A DNA stretch of 20,437 bases from a candidate division FCPU426 bacterium (lineage in GTDB: Bacteria > Oederibacteriota > JAAXVQ01 > JAUVAV01), in contig JBFLYH010000004.1 in the NCBI GenBank assembly GCA_040756875.1, forward strand, positions 1-20,437, given 5' to 3'. Under the pieces are notes generated by a model that searched no databases, had not been told where the DNA came from, and saw only the letters and a list, made by a program, of their open reading frames with translations. The position numbers and the translations under genes are program-made. This document shows, in pieces, positions 12,001 through 20,437 of this stretch; position 1 is the stretch's first letter, and each line of letters opens with the position of its first letter.

Positions 12001-15000
12001 TTTCCGTATTGCCGAGCAACAGCGCCGCACCCACGGCAATGGCCAGGGTGGCGCCCACGCTGATGATGGCCAGCATGCGGCGGGAGGCGAAGTTTCCTTG
12101 TTTGACCGCCTCGGCCGCGGTCTGCGGCCCGGCGGCAGGGGCTTCCTCGGCTTCGTATTTTTTCGGCTGCGCGGCTGCCATAATGAGCATACTGCCGACA
12201 GGCACTGTCTCCGAAGACCCTTCCACGCTTTGGCTCCACTGGTAGAGCCGCGCGAAATCACCGCTATGCAAAATAATTCGGATGGTATTAAAAAGTCTGA
12301 TTTTGTCGCTGTATTCCGATTTTTCCACCACGGATGCGGTTTTCGGCAACGCGGCGCCATGCTCTACGATGTCGAGACAGACGGCTTCGAAGTGGGCGGC
12401 TGCCTTGGCGGTCAGCAGGCCGTTGGCCAGCGCGCTGCGCACCCAGGAAATGCCGGTGAGCGCCTGATGCTGCAGCTTGGTCTGGCCCGGGGCAAAATAG
12501 CCGCCCACCACGGGATTGAGGCGGTCCACCACCTGATCGAAATCGTTCTTGGCTTGGGTGAAATCCCGCATGCCAATCATAATGGGCTTAAAACGGGGCA
12601 CCTGGGCCAACTCTGGAACCGGCGCCAGGTTGATGTCCATTTCCCGCAGAAGCTGGTTTTTAACCTCGTCTTTTTCCGCAAAAGTGCCTTTCTGGCTGGA
12701 GGCTTCCAGGATGCGGTTGATCAGGTCCAGGTTCAGATCATTGGCCGAGATGTTGGTCAAAGCCAGCATGGCTTCGAAAGAGGTCACGTCCTGGACCATG
12801 AGGTTGATCTTGATGCCCAGCGCCTTGGTTTCGCAGGTAATGGGCAGGATGGCCATCATGAACCGTCCCACCAATTCGTCGCGGTAAATCCACTCGGCCT
12901 GGCCGATGGCGCGGATGCGCCCTGCCACCTGCCGTTCCAGTTGCACGCGCCGTTCCAAAACAGCCTGCGGATCGTCCTGATGGGTTTGCGCGAACTGCAG
13001 CCAGGCATGGTAAGCCTGCTTGATCTCCCGGTCGCGATTGACTGCATCCATGATCGGATCGCGGCCAAGGTGGTTGGCGTTGAAATCACGCTGCAGGATC
13101 ACCATGGCCACGTTTTGGGGGACCGTGAGGGTCTCGCCGCGGCTGTTCGTGAAGGGCACTTGTTTGGTGTAGTTGCTTTTTTCCACAAAACGCGCGCCGC
13201 CCGCCACTTCCAGCAGGTGGCCGCCTGCCTTCTGGGAATAGTGGAACAAGGATTGCTTTTTGTCTTCGAATTCAATCTGCAGGCCCTGCACCCGGTCTTC
13301 CACCTGGGTTTGGAATGCACGGATGGCTTCGAAAATAAGGTCGCGCTGGGCGGTTTTGTCCTTTTCCGCGGAAGCGCGCTGCACCAACTCCATGGCCGCG
13401 TCGCGGCCGGCTTCCAGGGCGCGCTCTTCGGGGGCGAGCTCCAGCACGGTCGAATCCGCGAAAAAGACGCGTCCTTCTCCCACTTTAATCACTCTTTTGC
13501 CGTTGATGTGGACAACCCGGTTGGCTTCCCATTCGCGTTTGATGTCATCCAGCCGGTTGTAGAAAACCACTTCCTGCGGCGTGACCAGAGGCACGAACGG
13601 CGACTGGCCGGTGCGGATCAAGTACGACATGGCACTGGTAGTGAAGGGATCCCCCAGGTCGTCGCCCTGGATGTGGTCCCAAATTTTCCCCTGTTCGATG
13701 ATGCTGGCCAGGCGTTCCGCGTTGCTGACAATGGCCCGGACCAGGAAGCCGTGTCCGCCCACATCCACCACGGATTCGACGAAGTGGCCGGCTTCATCCA
13801 CAAAATGCACCACCACCTGGGTGAGGATGTCCTTGCCGCTGCCCAGCATGCGCTCGATGGCCGTGACCGTGGGCATGCCGCCGATCCATACGGCTCCGGG
13901 CGCGCGCGACGCCAGGAGCGGAATGGTCAGGCCCACATAATGGTAGCCGCCGATTTGGGCCAGCTCGTAGGTGCCGGCCCCCCGGCTTTCCCAGTAAGCC
14001 TTGAAAGCTTCCACCTTTTCCGGCAGCAGCTTGAAAACCGGGGTGATCATTTTGTTTTCCTGGAAAAAGTCCTCCAAAATGCGGCTGCCTTGCCCGGCAA
14101 TGCCGATTTCAGACACTGCCTGGTGTTCGGTCACCTGGACGCCCTGGGCCAGAAACTGCCGGCTCAAATCCGGTTTCTGGGTCACCTCCAGGAAATTGGC
14201 TGACACCAGATCGCCTTCGGCCAGTTGTCCGTCCGAACTGACCACAGTGCCCCGGTTGTTGACTTCGGTCCGGATCTGGGAGCGGGCTTGGGGGCGGGCG
14301 AAGAAGTCCATCAGCAGTTCCGGATAACCCATTTTCAATTTAGTGAAGTAAATGAGCAATTGCTGAGCCTGCCGGCGAAGATCGCGCGATACGGCCATCG
14401 TGGGCAGATAGGGCGCCATCTGCAAGAACATTTTGACGCGTTCCATGGCCGTGGTGAAGGTGTCGTAATTCAGGGCTTGTTTGCTGGCCAGGATGGCCAG
14501 GGCGTCCAGATAGGCGGTGAATTGTTCCTCGCTCAGGCTGCCGGCCGTGGCCAGAGTCAGGAGATTGGTCTGCGCGATTGCCTCCAGCGCGGTTTGGATC
14601 TGCTCCGGAGTGTACGCCACTTCAGCCACACCCGGCAGTTCGGTAATAATGCGCAGGCCCTGGGGGACCTGTTTGATGACCTGGCCGGCAGTCACGTCCT
14701 TCACGCCCAGGAAAGCCCGCAGACCGGGATTGCCCAGGAGCACTTCGCTGTCCAGCAGGTTCTCCAGGGGCAGGCGCTCGTGGTTGACGCCGTCAACCGT
14801 CACCCAGCGCGAACCGAGCTGGAAGTAGGTCTTGCCTTCCACTTCCAGAAGGCTGCCCTGCAGGGTGCGGCCTGCCAGGCTGAGGGTGAACGGCCGCTGT
14901 TTTTTCACGAATTGGGACATGGCCTGGCCCTGGACCGGTTCAGGCTGGCCCATGGCAATGCGAATGCGCACGCGCTTGCCGTCGACGGTCGCCTGGACGG

Positions 15001-18000
15001 TATCGCGGTTTTGCCATATGGATACTGCCACGACCACTGCCAGCACTGCTGCCCCTACGCCGATCAGGACGCCGGACAGCAAGGTGACCGTGCCGGCCGT
15101 AAAAATCATGCTGATGCCGATGGCGGCAGTGACCAGCCCGGCAATGACCGAGGCGGTTTCCACGGTCGCAAACCCCGCCTGGCCCCGACGGGCGGTTTGC
15201 AGACGGCGGTCATGGACTTCGATAATCCTCCCTATGGCCCGTTTGATTTCCGAGTCGCTGGATGTTGCCGCCAGTCTCTCCAAATCCGGCCGCAACACGC
15301 CGTTGATTTCCCCCATCGGCAGCAACTTCGTTTCCATTTCTGCCGCTATGCGTTCCAGGCTCTTCAGCATCGTTTGCCGTATCTTACCGCCTATTTCCAA
15401 GCTGGTGCGGAAAACCCGCAAAAACAAATCGCCCTCCGTCAGGAATTTGCCTTGGGAGTTGCCTATTTCTTCCCAAATCTGCTCAATCATGCCTGTCACC
15501 CAAGTTTGCCGCCGCCCAGCCGATGTTCGAGCAATAAACAAGAGGTCGTCCAGGAGATCGATCTTATTCGAAAGCCTTTGCTGACTCAGAAACATCTCAG
15601 CTTGAATCCGGGCATTAGCGGCGCCGTTTTGGACAAACTGTTCCACATTTGTACGGAACTCCGCTTCACTTCCCCGCTCCCGGTATGGAGGTGTTTCCAG
15701 ACGGTTGTCATGGATCTTCAAAACCCGCGCAGCCGACCGGCGGACTTCCGGATCATTCGCCATGGCCGCCAGCCATTCCAAATCAGCCCGCAACACGCCA
15801 TTGATCTCTCCCATTGATATTATTTTAACGTCGATTTCGGCTGCAAGGCGTTCCAGGTTCGCCAATACCGCCAGTTGCGTCCTGCGGTCCATGCTCATGC
15901 TGGCGCGGAAGGCCGTTAGAATTTTCTCGTTCTTTATAAAATACCGGCCTTTCAAATCCGCCGCTTTTTCCCAGGCCTGTATGACCATCCCGGCAAACCA
16001 CGCCTGCTGGGTTTTGCTCGTGGTTTGAGCTAAAAATGACAGGTCGTCGACCATGTCCATCTTGCCGGGAACATCCTGCTGGGCGTAATAAGCCTCCGCG
16101 GAGGTTTTCGCACCCGTTTCGGACGTTTCGGCATATCGCTGGACATCCGCCAAAAATTGTTTCTCTCTTTCATACATAACTTGGTAGCATTTGATTACCA
16201 TGTCATCCGTCGCATCGCGCTGCAAGGAGTTGATAACCAACGCAGGCAACGCTAACATGAGCAATCCGACGATCAGAATTGAATTGCGCGTTTTTTGATC
16301 TTTTGCAGACACCACCCTCATTACAATTCGCAGCGCAATGACAGTCACCACCAGGGCGCCGCCGATTAAAAGAATTGTTCCTGTCAACAACCCGGTTGCC
16401 CACAAAGTGTAGCCACCGATGCCCAAAGCCGAGAGAATGGCCAGTAAGCGTGCCGCGCTTATTTGGATGAACCCCGCCTGGCCCCCACGGGCGGTCGTGG
16501 TCTCGCCCCGGTCCTTCGCCGCCTGGGCTTCGCTGTAACTGTAGACGACACGGCCCGCTTCATCGCTGCTTTTAACGATACCAAGAAATCCCTTGGCTTT
16601 GGCTTTCGACTGCAATAAATACTCCAAAACCGTTTCAACATAGTCGGACGATTTTTTCAGCTCCTCTGACACGGAGTATTCAGTGACTGCCTGTCCTTGT
16701 TTCATTTTTTCATAGATTTGACTGGCCATCCGTACAAATTTGCCCGTGCGTGATAAAATGAACATCGGAATAAACACTATGTCTAGTCCATCAAGAACGC
16801 CTTCCTCGTTGATCACTGTATACCCTTCAGGGTTGGAATAGGAGGCGGAAGATAAGCTGCCCAGCAAGTTTGTTTGCCTCATGACGGCAGAGGCTGTGTC
16901 ACGCACCTCGCGGTAGGTTTCCAGCAAAACATGCCGATTCCGTGGGATTTGTTCGACTGCCAACGCGGCCTTCAATTCGTCTTCCGACAGGGCTCGGGTT
17001 TCCACCAAACCACGGAAGAGGTTGACCAATTCCTGCCTGCGGTCGCCTGCCAGCGCAAACAAACTCGATAAATAAGCCAAGGCCTCATCCCGGATGGTCA
17101 TTTCCCGATTAGCCAGGGCCAGGGCAAACTCGTCCCGCAGAGATTCCAGGTTTTTCGCGTCCATTCCCGGCAAGGCCTGCGCCAGCGCCTGATAATGCTT
17201 CTGCCAACCCGTGCGGCGCGTTTCAGTATCCAGCACTTGATTCAGCTTCCCGGGCATGGTTTGCGGCGCCGCCTGGCGCTTGCTGGTGTAAATCACAGTT
17301 TGATCCGGAAGGGTTTTACGTTCAAAGCCTGCCATCCCTGTTTTCGCCGCTTTATTTGAAATTAAAAGCTTGGCAACTTCCCCGTAATGATTTTCCGGAA
17401 TGAGGGAGGATAAATCCATTTGCCGGGTTTCGGATTCAATAGCCGCGAACAAGGTTTTTTCCGTGATTTGTTCACCCGCCGCCAAGTGAGCATCCAACAA
17501 ACCGGCCACGAGAAACCGGGCAAAGATTCTCGCCCGGTGCAACTTCGCTTCCTCTGCCGCTTCCTCCGCCATTTCCCCTACTCGATCCATCATAGACATG
17601 GTGACATGCTGGATCGATCCCATTTCTCTGCCGTAAACCGCGGGATTCAAGTATGTTTTTGTCGGATCCCAATACGGGCGCAGAGTTCCCGCGGCGATAT
17701 CAGGCCACCAGCGCATCAGGCGGAAATTCCATCCCGCATGCAGAAATAAAGCCAGCACAGACCCGGCGAGAGCGCCCACGACCGCACCCACGCCCGGTAA
17801 AAGCATTCCTCCCAGGACCAGCCCACCCAAGGCCAGGGTCGCCATTCCCAGTGCCAAGATCGACTGCTGAATAATATGCCGCCTGGTCCGCGGCACTTCC
17901 CGGTATTTTTGTTCTTTCCGGTCATAAACGAGCACTGTTTTGCCGTGTAAGGCCGCGAACGTGACGGCATACATTCCGCCTATAGCCGCTACACCTTCAA

Positions 18001-20437
18001 CCAGATATTCCGGCGACGCCCAATAGAATATCGCTAAACCCAAGCCGATGACTGGCAACAATGTCAGGTTTTCCTTGAGAATCTTTCCCCAGGTCGGCCG
18101 GACGGCTGCCGCTGCCGCCGGTACGGCCGCCTCGGCCGCCGGCGCCGCCTTGAGCCCGGCTTCCATCTGCCGCAGAATGCCGCCCTCCGCGATCCCCCGG
18201 TTCACGATCTCGTCCGCGCGCGCCTGCGTGTTCGCGTTCGAATAGATCCTCAGCTGCGGCGCGTTCCCCGACGGCCTCACGTGCGCCACGTCGTTGTTCG
18301 CAAAGCGCACACGCACCCCGTCCACGAAGTTCACGCTCACCACGCCCGCGAACCCGTCCGCTGCCGTGAAATACTGCTCCAGCTCCGCCTTCTTCCCCTC
18401 CAGCTCCACCCGCAGCGCGGCCCCGGGAAGCAGCTCCTTCACTTCCCCGTCGAACATCTCCACATACACCGTCCCGTCCCGGAACATCACCTGCCGCACG
18501 TACGGGTCGCTCGGCTTCAGGTTCCTCAACAGCAGCTGGCTCGCCGCCACCGGGAAGTTGTCCAACAGCCCTGCCTGCGTCGAACGCTGCGGCAGCGCCG
18601 CGAAGTCCGCCGACACGCTCCCCGCCTTCGCGCCCGACAGCAAGGCCACCACGATCGGCAGGATCGCGTCACGCGTCGGCAACGCCGCCAGCTTCTTCCC
18701 GAACAGCTCCACCTCCGTCGCCGTCAGGAATCCGCCGTTCACTTCCCACGACACCACCACCGGCGACGCCCCCTTGTACTGCTTCTCCGCCGACGCTTTC
18801 ATCACCTTCACCGCCGCGTCCATCTCCGCGATCACGTACGGCGACCCGATCTGCGTCTGCTGCAGCTTGATCCCCGCGCGCCCCAATTCCGTCGCCACCG
18901 AATCGTTCGCGCTGATCGGCACCGCCGCGAAATCCGCCCCCAGGTACTTCGCCACCACGATCCCCAGCTCGTCTCCCCGGTTGAAACGCCCGTTCTCGTC
19001 CACCACGAACGGACGGTCCGAATCCCCGTCCGTCGACACGATCGCGAACGGCCGGTGATCCTGCGCCAATGCCCAGAAATTCTCCCGCGTCTCCTGCGTC
19101 ACGTTCTCCGTGTCCTTCGGAACGAATTTCTCGCTCCGCTGCACCGCCACCACGTCCGCGCCCATTCCCTTCAATATCCGCACCAGCATGTCACGACCCA
19201 CTGCCGAGTGCTGTTCCACCACGATCTTCTTTCCTGCCAGTGCGTCCTTCGGCAACACGTCCAGATACCGCGCCACGAACTCCTCTTCCGCCGCGTTCGT
19301 CCCCGCCGGCAGCGCCACTGCCTTCCCACCCTTGAACATCCCGTTCTCCGCGAACAGGCTCTCGTCCGCCGAACGCGTCACTTCCTCCGAACGCGCCTTG
19401 GCCACTGCCGCCAGGATCCCCGTCTCGTCCGCCTTCAGCACCTCGCCCTGCGGCTTGTTGAACTTGATCCCGTTCCGGTCGTCCGGAATGTGCGACCCCG
19501 TCACCATCACGCTCGCCAGCCCCCGCTGCATCGCGTAGTACATCACCGCCGGGCTCGGCACTTTCCCCACGTTCTCCACTTCGCAGCCCGCGTCGCGGAT
19601 CCCCTGCGCCACTGCCTCCATGATCCGGTCCGTCGAGCTCCTCAGGTCCCCGCCCACCACGATCCGGTCTCCCCGCTTGATCTGCCCCGTCGCGATCAGG
19701 TACTCCACGTACCCCTTCGTGTTGATGTACACTTCCGCGTCCGTCATGTCCGTGACCAGCCCGCGCAGACCCGACGTCCCGAACGCCAGCGGCCGGTTCT
19801 TCGTCCAGGCGACGACCTGCGCCACGTTGCGGTTCAGCCAGGCCCGAACGCGCTGGGCCAGGCTGGTTATCCCCAAGGTTGCGGCGACGGCCATCAAAAG
19901 CATCACCGTGCCGAAAAAGATCGTGGTGACCACGTCGCCGTACACCATCACCGGATCGGTCGAGCTCACATTGGCATCGTAGCCCGCCATGAAAGCCAGA
20001 CCCCAATAAACCATCGTCGTGACAAACGACAACACCGTGATGCCCGACATCACAGAAGCGGCGTTTTCCGCAATCGCGCGGACCGCAGCCAGGCGAGGCA
20101 TTCCCGGCGCCAGCGCATTCCTGCGCTGCATAAGCGCCACGGTCAGGGTGCCGGCCAAGGCCAGCATCCCGGCAAACATCAGCACCGCGCCGCCCACAGC
20201 CGCTGCGCCGGCCAGGGTCATCGCTAAATAAGCGCCCGCGATCATCGCGCCCAACCCTGCCACGGACAGGCCCAGCGTGCTCATGAACCCCAGCGTCGCA
20301 AACCCCGCCTCGCCCCGTCCGGCCAGGGGCCTGGGCTGCTCGGGTTCGACCACCACGCGGTCCCCCGCCTGCCGCACCCGCACGCCCTTGGTCCCGAACA
20401 CCGCCACCACTCCGTTGTCCGTCGTCACCACCGTGCG
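2..20437 (-). CDS. Giant multidomain membrane protein, partial at both ends (>=6,812 aa in window), with sugar-nucleotide and glycosylation enzyme domains separated by TM bundles
   Basis: Manual translation of the frame starting at 20437 runs RTVVTTDNGVVA... to ...KAEGEKAQTA with no stop seen. None of the minus-strand ORFs in the track lies in this frame, as expected if it never closes. The longest plus-strand ORFs (995, 2780, 3647, 6800, 9971, 11717, 14225, 18281) share its codon register, i.e. they are antisense shadows. Recognisable enzyme motifs fall in this frame throughout. Confidence 0.96.
2810..3680 (-). other. Domain: xylose-isomerase-like/AP-endonuclease-2 TIM barrel (sugar phosphate isomerase/epimerase family)
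   Basis: AEIY, QTLHG, MIIH, AVANNISLLIEPV, IQIVFDTWH, IGWLHITN, SHG, VTFE: the typical E, DxxH, HxxD-like and E metal-site pattern. Confidence 0.7.
3995..4900 (-). other. Domain: xylose-isomerase-like/AP-endonuclease-2 TIM barrel, degenerate copy
   Basis: YNIHWP, LAFH, VVILMET, PIGITLNPWH, RFYFGN, TVLE in barrel order. Shares DAWxAxHPG...PIxIxx[D/N]xWH with the downstream barrel. Confidence 0.55.
5219..5251 (-). other. Internal class III signal-peptide-like motif RRGEAG|FISAE followed by TM helices
   Basis: Basic residues, G(-1)|F(+1), E(+5), then LAAVLGGASLIVAGVALAL. Confidence 0.6.
5231..6818. repeat. Diverged continuation of the duplicated cassette, copy A (CPBP-like TMs, helical region, wHTH-like units)
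   Basis: Protein aligns with 16469-18086, e.g. YREVPRTxRHIIQQSILALGM, GKLNQVLDT, ESLRDEF, KAALAVEQ, YEKMKQGQ, VYSYSEAQAAKDRGETT, with many substitutions and a net 30-nt indel. Confidence 0.92.
6431..6812 (-). other. Domain: CPBP/CAAX-protease-like intramembrane segment, degenerate (copy A)
   Basis: FSALH (6677-6691) and HAFWN (6458-6472) in TM helices. The EExxxR motif is absent (IAKEHL). Confidence 0.45.
6819..9049. repeat. 2,231-bp near-identical direct repeat, copy A (4-TM bundle + PMM + Ala/Pro linker)
   Basis: Matches 18087-20317 at an in-frame offset of 11,268 bp. The duplicated ORF-track translations are identical. One synonymous mismatch noticed (8987 t vs 20255 c). Confidence 0.97.
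6881..8524 (-). other. Domain: phosphomannomutase, ManB-type alpha-D-phosphohexomutase (copy A)
   Basis: Same sequence as copy B: FGTSGLRG, TGSHIP (Ser codon 8225-8227), DGDSDR (7745-7762), WEVNGG, RPSGNAP. Confidence 0.95.
9020..9052 (-). other. Internal class III signal-peptide-like motif RRGEAG|FATLG followed by TM helices
   Basis: Same motif without E+5. It coincides with the repeat boundary at 9049. Confidence 0.55.
9545..10490 (-). other. Domain: GT2 glycosyltransferase, dolichyl/polyprenyl-phosphate beta-glucosyltransferase-like
   Basis: ITFAVYGEQMRL, EFVISDDE, RKGGSIQY, YTDADISTD (DxD at 9992-10000), ITDTQRGFKMF (cf. DTQCGFKLF), AIDTALL, IVEAPIAW. Confidence 0.85.
11400..11945 (-). 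other. Domain: Mpv17/PMP22-like multi-TM segment
   Basis: ALTGGAIAGITDAIGQKI resembles Mpv17/PMP22 TM1 (lT.g.l...gD.iaQ.i). It is followed by IGLTFG...IFNFID, further helices and YNFVLQNVIP. Confidence 0.45.
12500..14130 (-). other. Domain: divergent UDPGP-family (UDP-glucose/UDP-GlcNAc pyrophosphorylase-like) nucleotidyltransferase
   Basis: Family motifs in the expected order: IAGQGSRI (cf. AGGxGTRL), GGHGFL (PxGHG), HIQGDDLG (NxDNLG), KAGGHL...FVEK (KGG...llE), FNANHL (FNTNN), LP...GIKINLMVQD, RDFTQAKN (RFxPVK). Confidence 0.65.
15158..15190 (-). other. Internal class III signal-peptide-like motif RRGQAG|FATVE followed by TM helices
   Basis: G|F with E(+5), then TASVIAGLVTAAIGISMIFTAG. 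Confidence 0.6.
15200..16170 (-). repeat. Two tandem diverged ~166-aa alpha-helical (HEAT/ARM-like) repeats
   Basis: KMDMVDDLSFLA...LERLAAEIDVKIISMGEINGVLRADLEWLAAMANDPEVRRSAARVL vs KIDLLDDLLFIA...LERIAAEMETKLLPMGEINGVLRPDLERLAATSSDSEIKRAIGRII. The MGEINGVLR blocks are 498 nt apart. Confidence 0.85.
16457..16489 (-). other. Internal class III signal-peptide-like motif RGGQAG|FIQIS followed by TM helices
   Basis: Same motif without E+5. It marks the end of homology of cassette copy B. Confidence 0.55.
16469..18086. repeat. Diverged continuation of the duplicated cassette, copy B
   Basis: Homologous to 5231-6818 (same conserved blocks). Confidence 0.92.
17702..18080 (-). other. Domain: CPBP/CAAX-protease-like intramembrane segment, degenerate (copy B)
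   Basis: Hydrophobic helices with FAALH (FxxxH, 17945-17959) and HAGWN (HxxxN, 17726-17740). The EExxxR motif is absent (ILKENL). Confidence 0.45.
18087..20317. repeat. 2,231-bp near-identical direct repeat, copy B
   Basis: Matches 6819-9049. Identity breaks at 20318/9050 and at 18086/6818. Confidence 0.97.
18149..19792 (-). other. Domain: phosphomannomutase, ManB-type alpha-D-phosphohexomutase (copy B)
   Basis: FGTSGLRG N-terminus; GDLRSS; phosphoserine loop TGSHIP (Ser codon 19493-19495); metal loop DGDSDR (19013-19030); sugar loop WEVNGG; phosphate loop RPSGNAPQLR. Confidence 0.95.
20288..20320 (-). other. Internal class III signal-peptide-like motif GRGEAG|FATLG followed by TM helices
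   Basis: Same motif. It coincides with the repeat boundary at 20317. Confidence 0.55.
20342..20437 (-). other. Domain fragment: probable C-terminal beta region of a mannose-1-phosphate guanylyltransferase (ManC-like), truncated by the window edge
   Basis: RTVVTTDNGVVAVFGTKGVRVRQAGDRVVVEP resembles the ManC C-terminal pattern (lVatiGvedlvvVdtgDavLV) and precedes a ManB cassette. Only 32 aa are visible. Confidence 0.45.

Noticed and set aside
1159-20006. Short minus-strand ORFs in the track (e.g. 2202-2696, 7923-8738, 19191-20006)
   Set aside because: Off-frame overlaps of the giant CDS with low-complexity Gly/Arg translations.
227-20227. Long plus-strand ORFs (e.g. 995-2698, 3647-5380, 6800-8959, 11717-14203, 14225-15817, 18281-20227)
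   Set aside because: They are in codon register with the giant minus-strand gene, have implausible His/Arg/Gln-rich composition and show no motifs. They are antisense shadows.
5232-20316. Dispersed 16-bp repeat as a CRISPR array or integron attC sites
   Set aside because: Spacing is kilobase-scale and irregular, the repeat is coding and not palindromic, and no cas or integrase gene is present.
6819-20317. The 2.2-kb direct repeats as IS copies or a composite transposon
   Set aside because: They encode TM helices and a phosphomannomutase in frame. No transposase, terminal inverted repeats or target duplication were seen.
1-20437. tRNA, rRNA, promoters, terminators
   Set aside because: The window is entirely coding with no intergenic space, and none were recognised.

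Overview
The whole window lies inside one giant protein-coding gene on the minus strand: codons run from 20437 down to 2, giving at least 6,812 aa with no start or stop in view. I translated the frame by hand and found no stop. The ORF track agrees: it lists no complete minus-strand ORF in this frame, and the long plus-strand ORFs are its antisense shadows. N to C, the protein reads: tail of a ManC-like domain, TM bundle, phosphomannomutase (ManB-type), CPBP/CAAX-like membrane segment, helical region with winged-helix-like units, TM bundle, tandem helical repeat, TM hairpin, UDPGP-family nucleotidyltransferase-like domain, Mpv17/PMP22-like membrane domain, GT2 (Dol-P-Glc synthase-like) glycosyltransferase, a second copy of the TM/PMM/CPBP/wHTH cassette, two xylose-isomerase-like TIM barrels with TM bundles, and an unassigned helical region. 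The most striking signal is a recurring internal motif, R-[R/G]-G-[E/Q]-A-G|F followed by a hydrophobic helix, which resembles a class III (prepilin) signal peptide. It is conserved at the DNA level and sits at both ends of the duplicated cassette. This suggests a modular, possibly proteolytically processed sugar-nucleotide/glycosylation polyprotein built by cassette shuffling. Domain calls come from motif recognition by eye, not from database searches.
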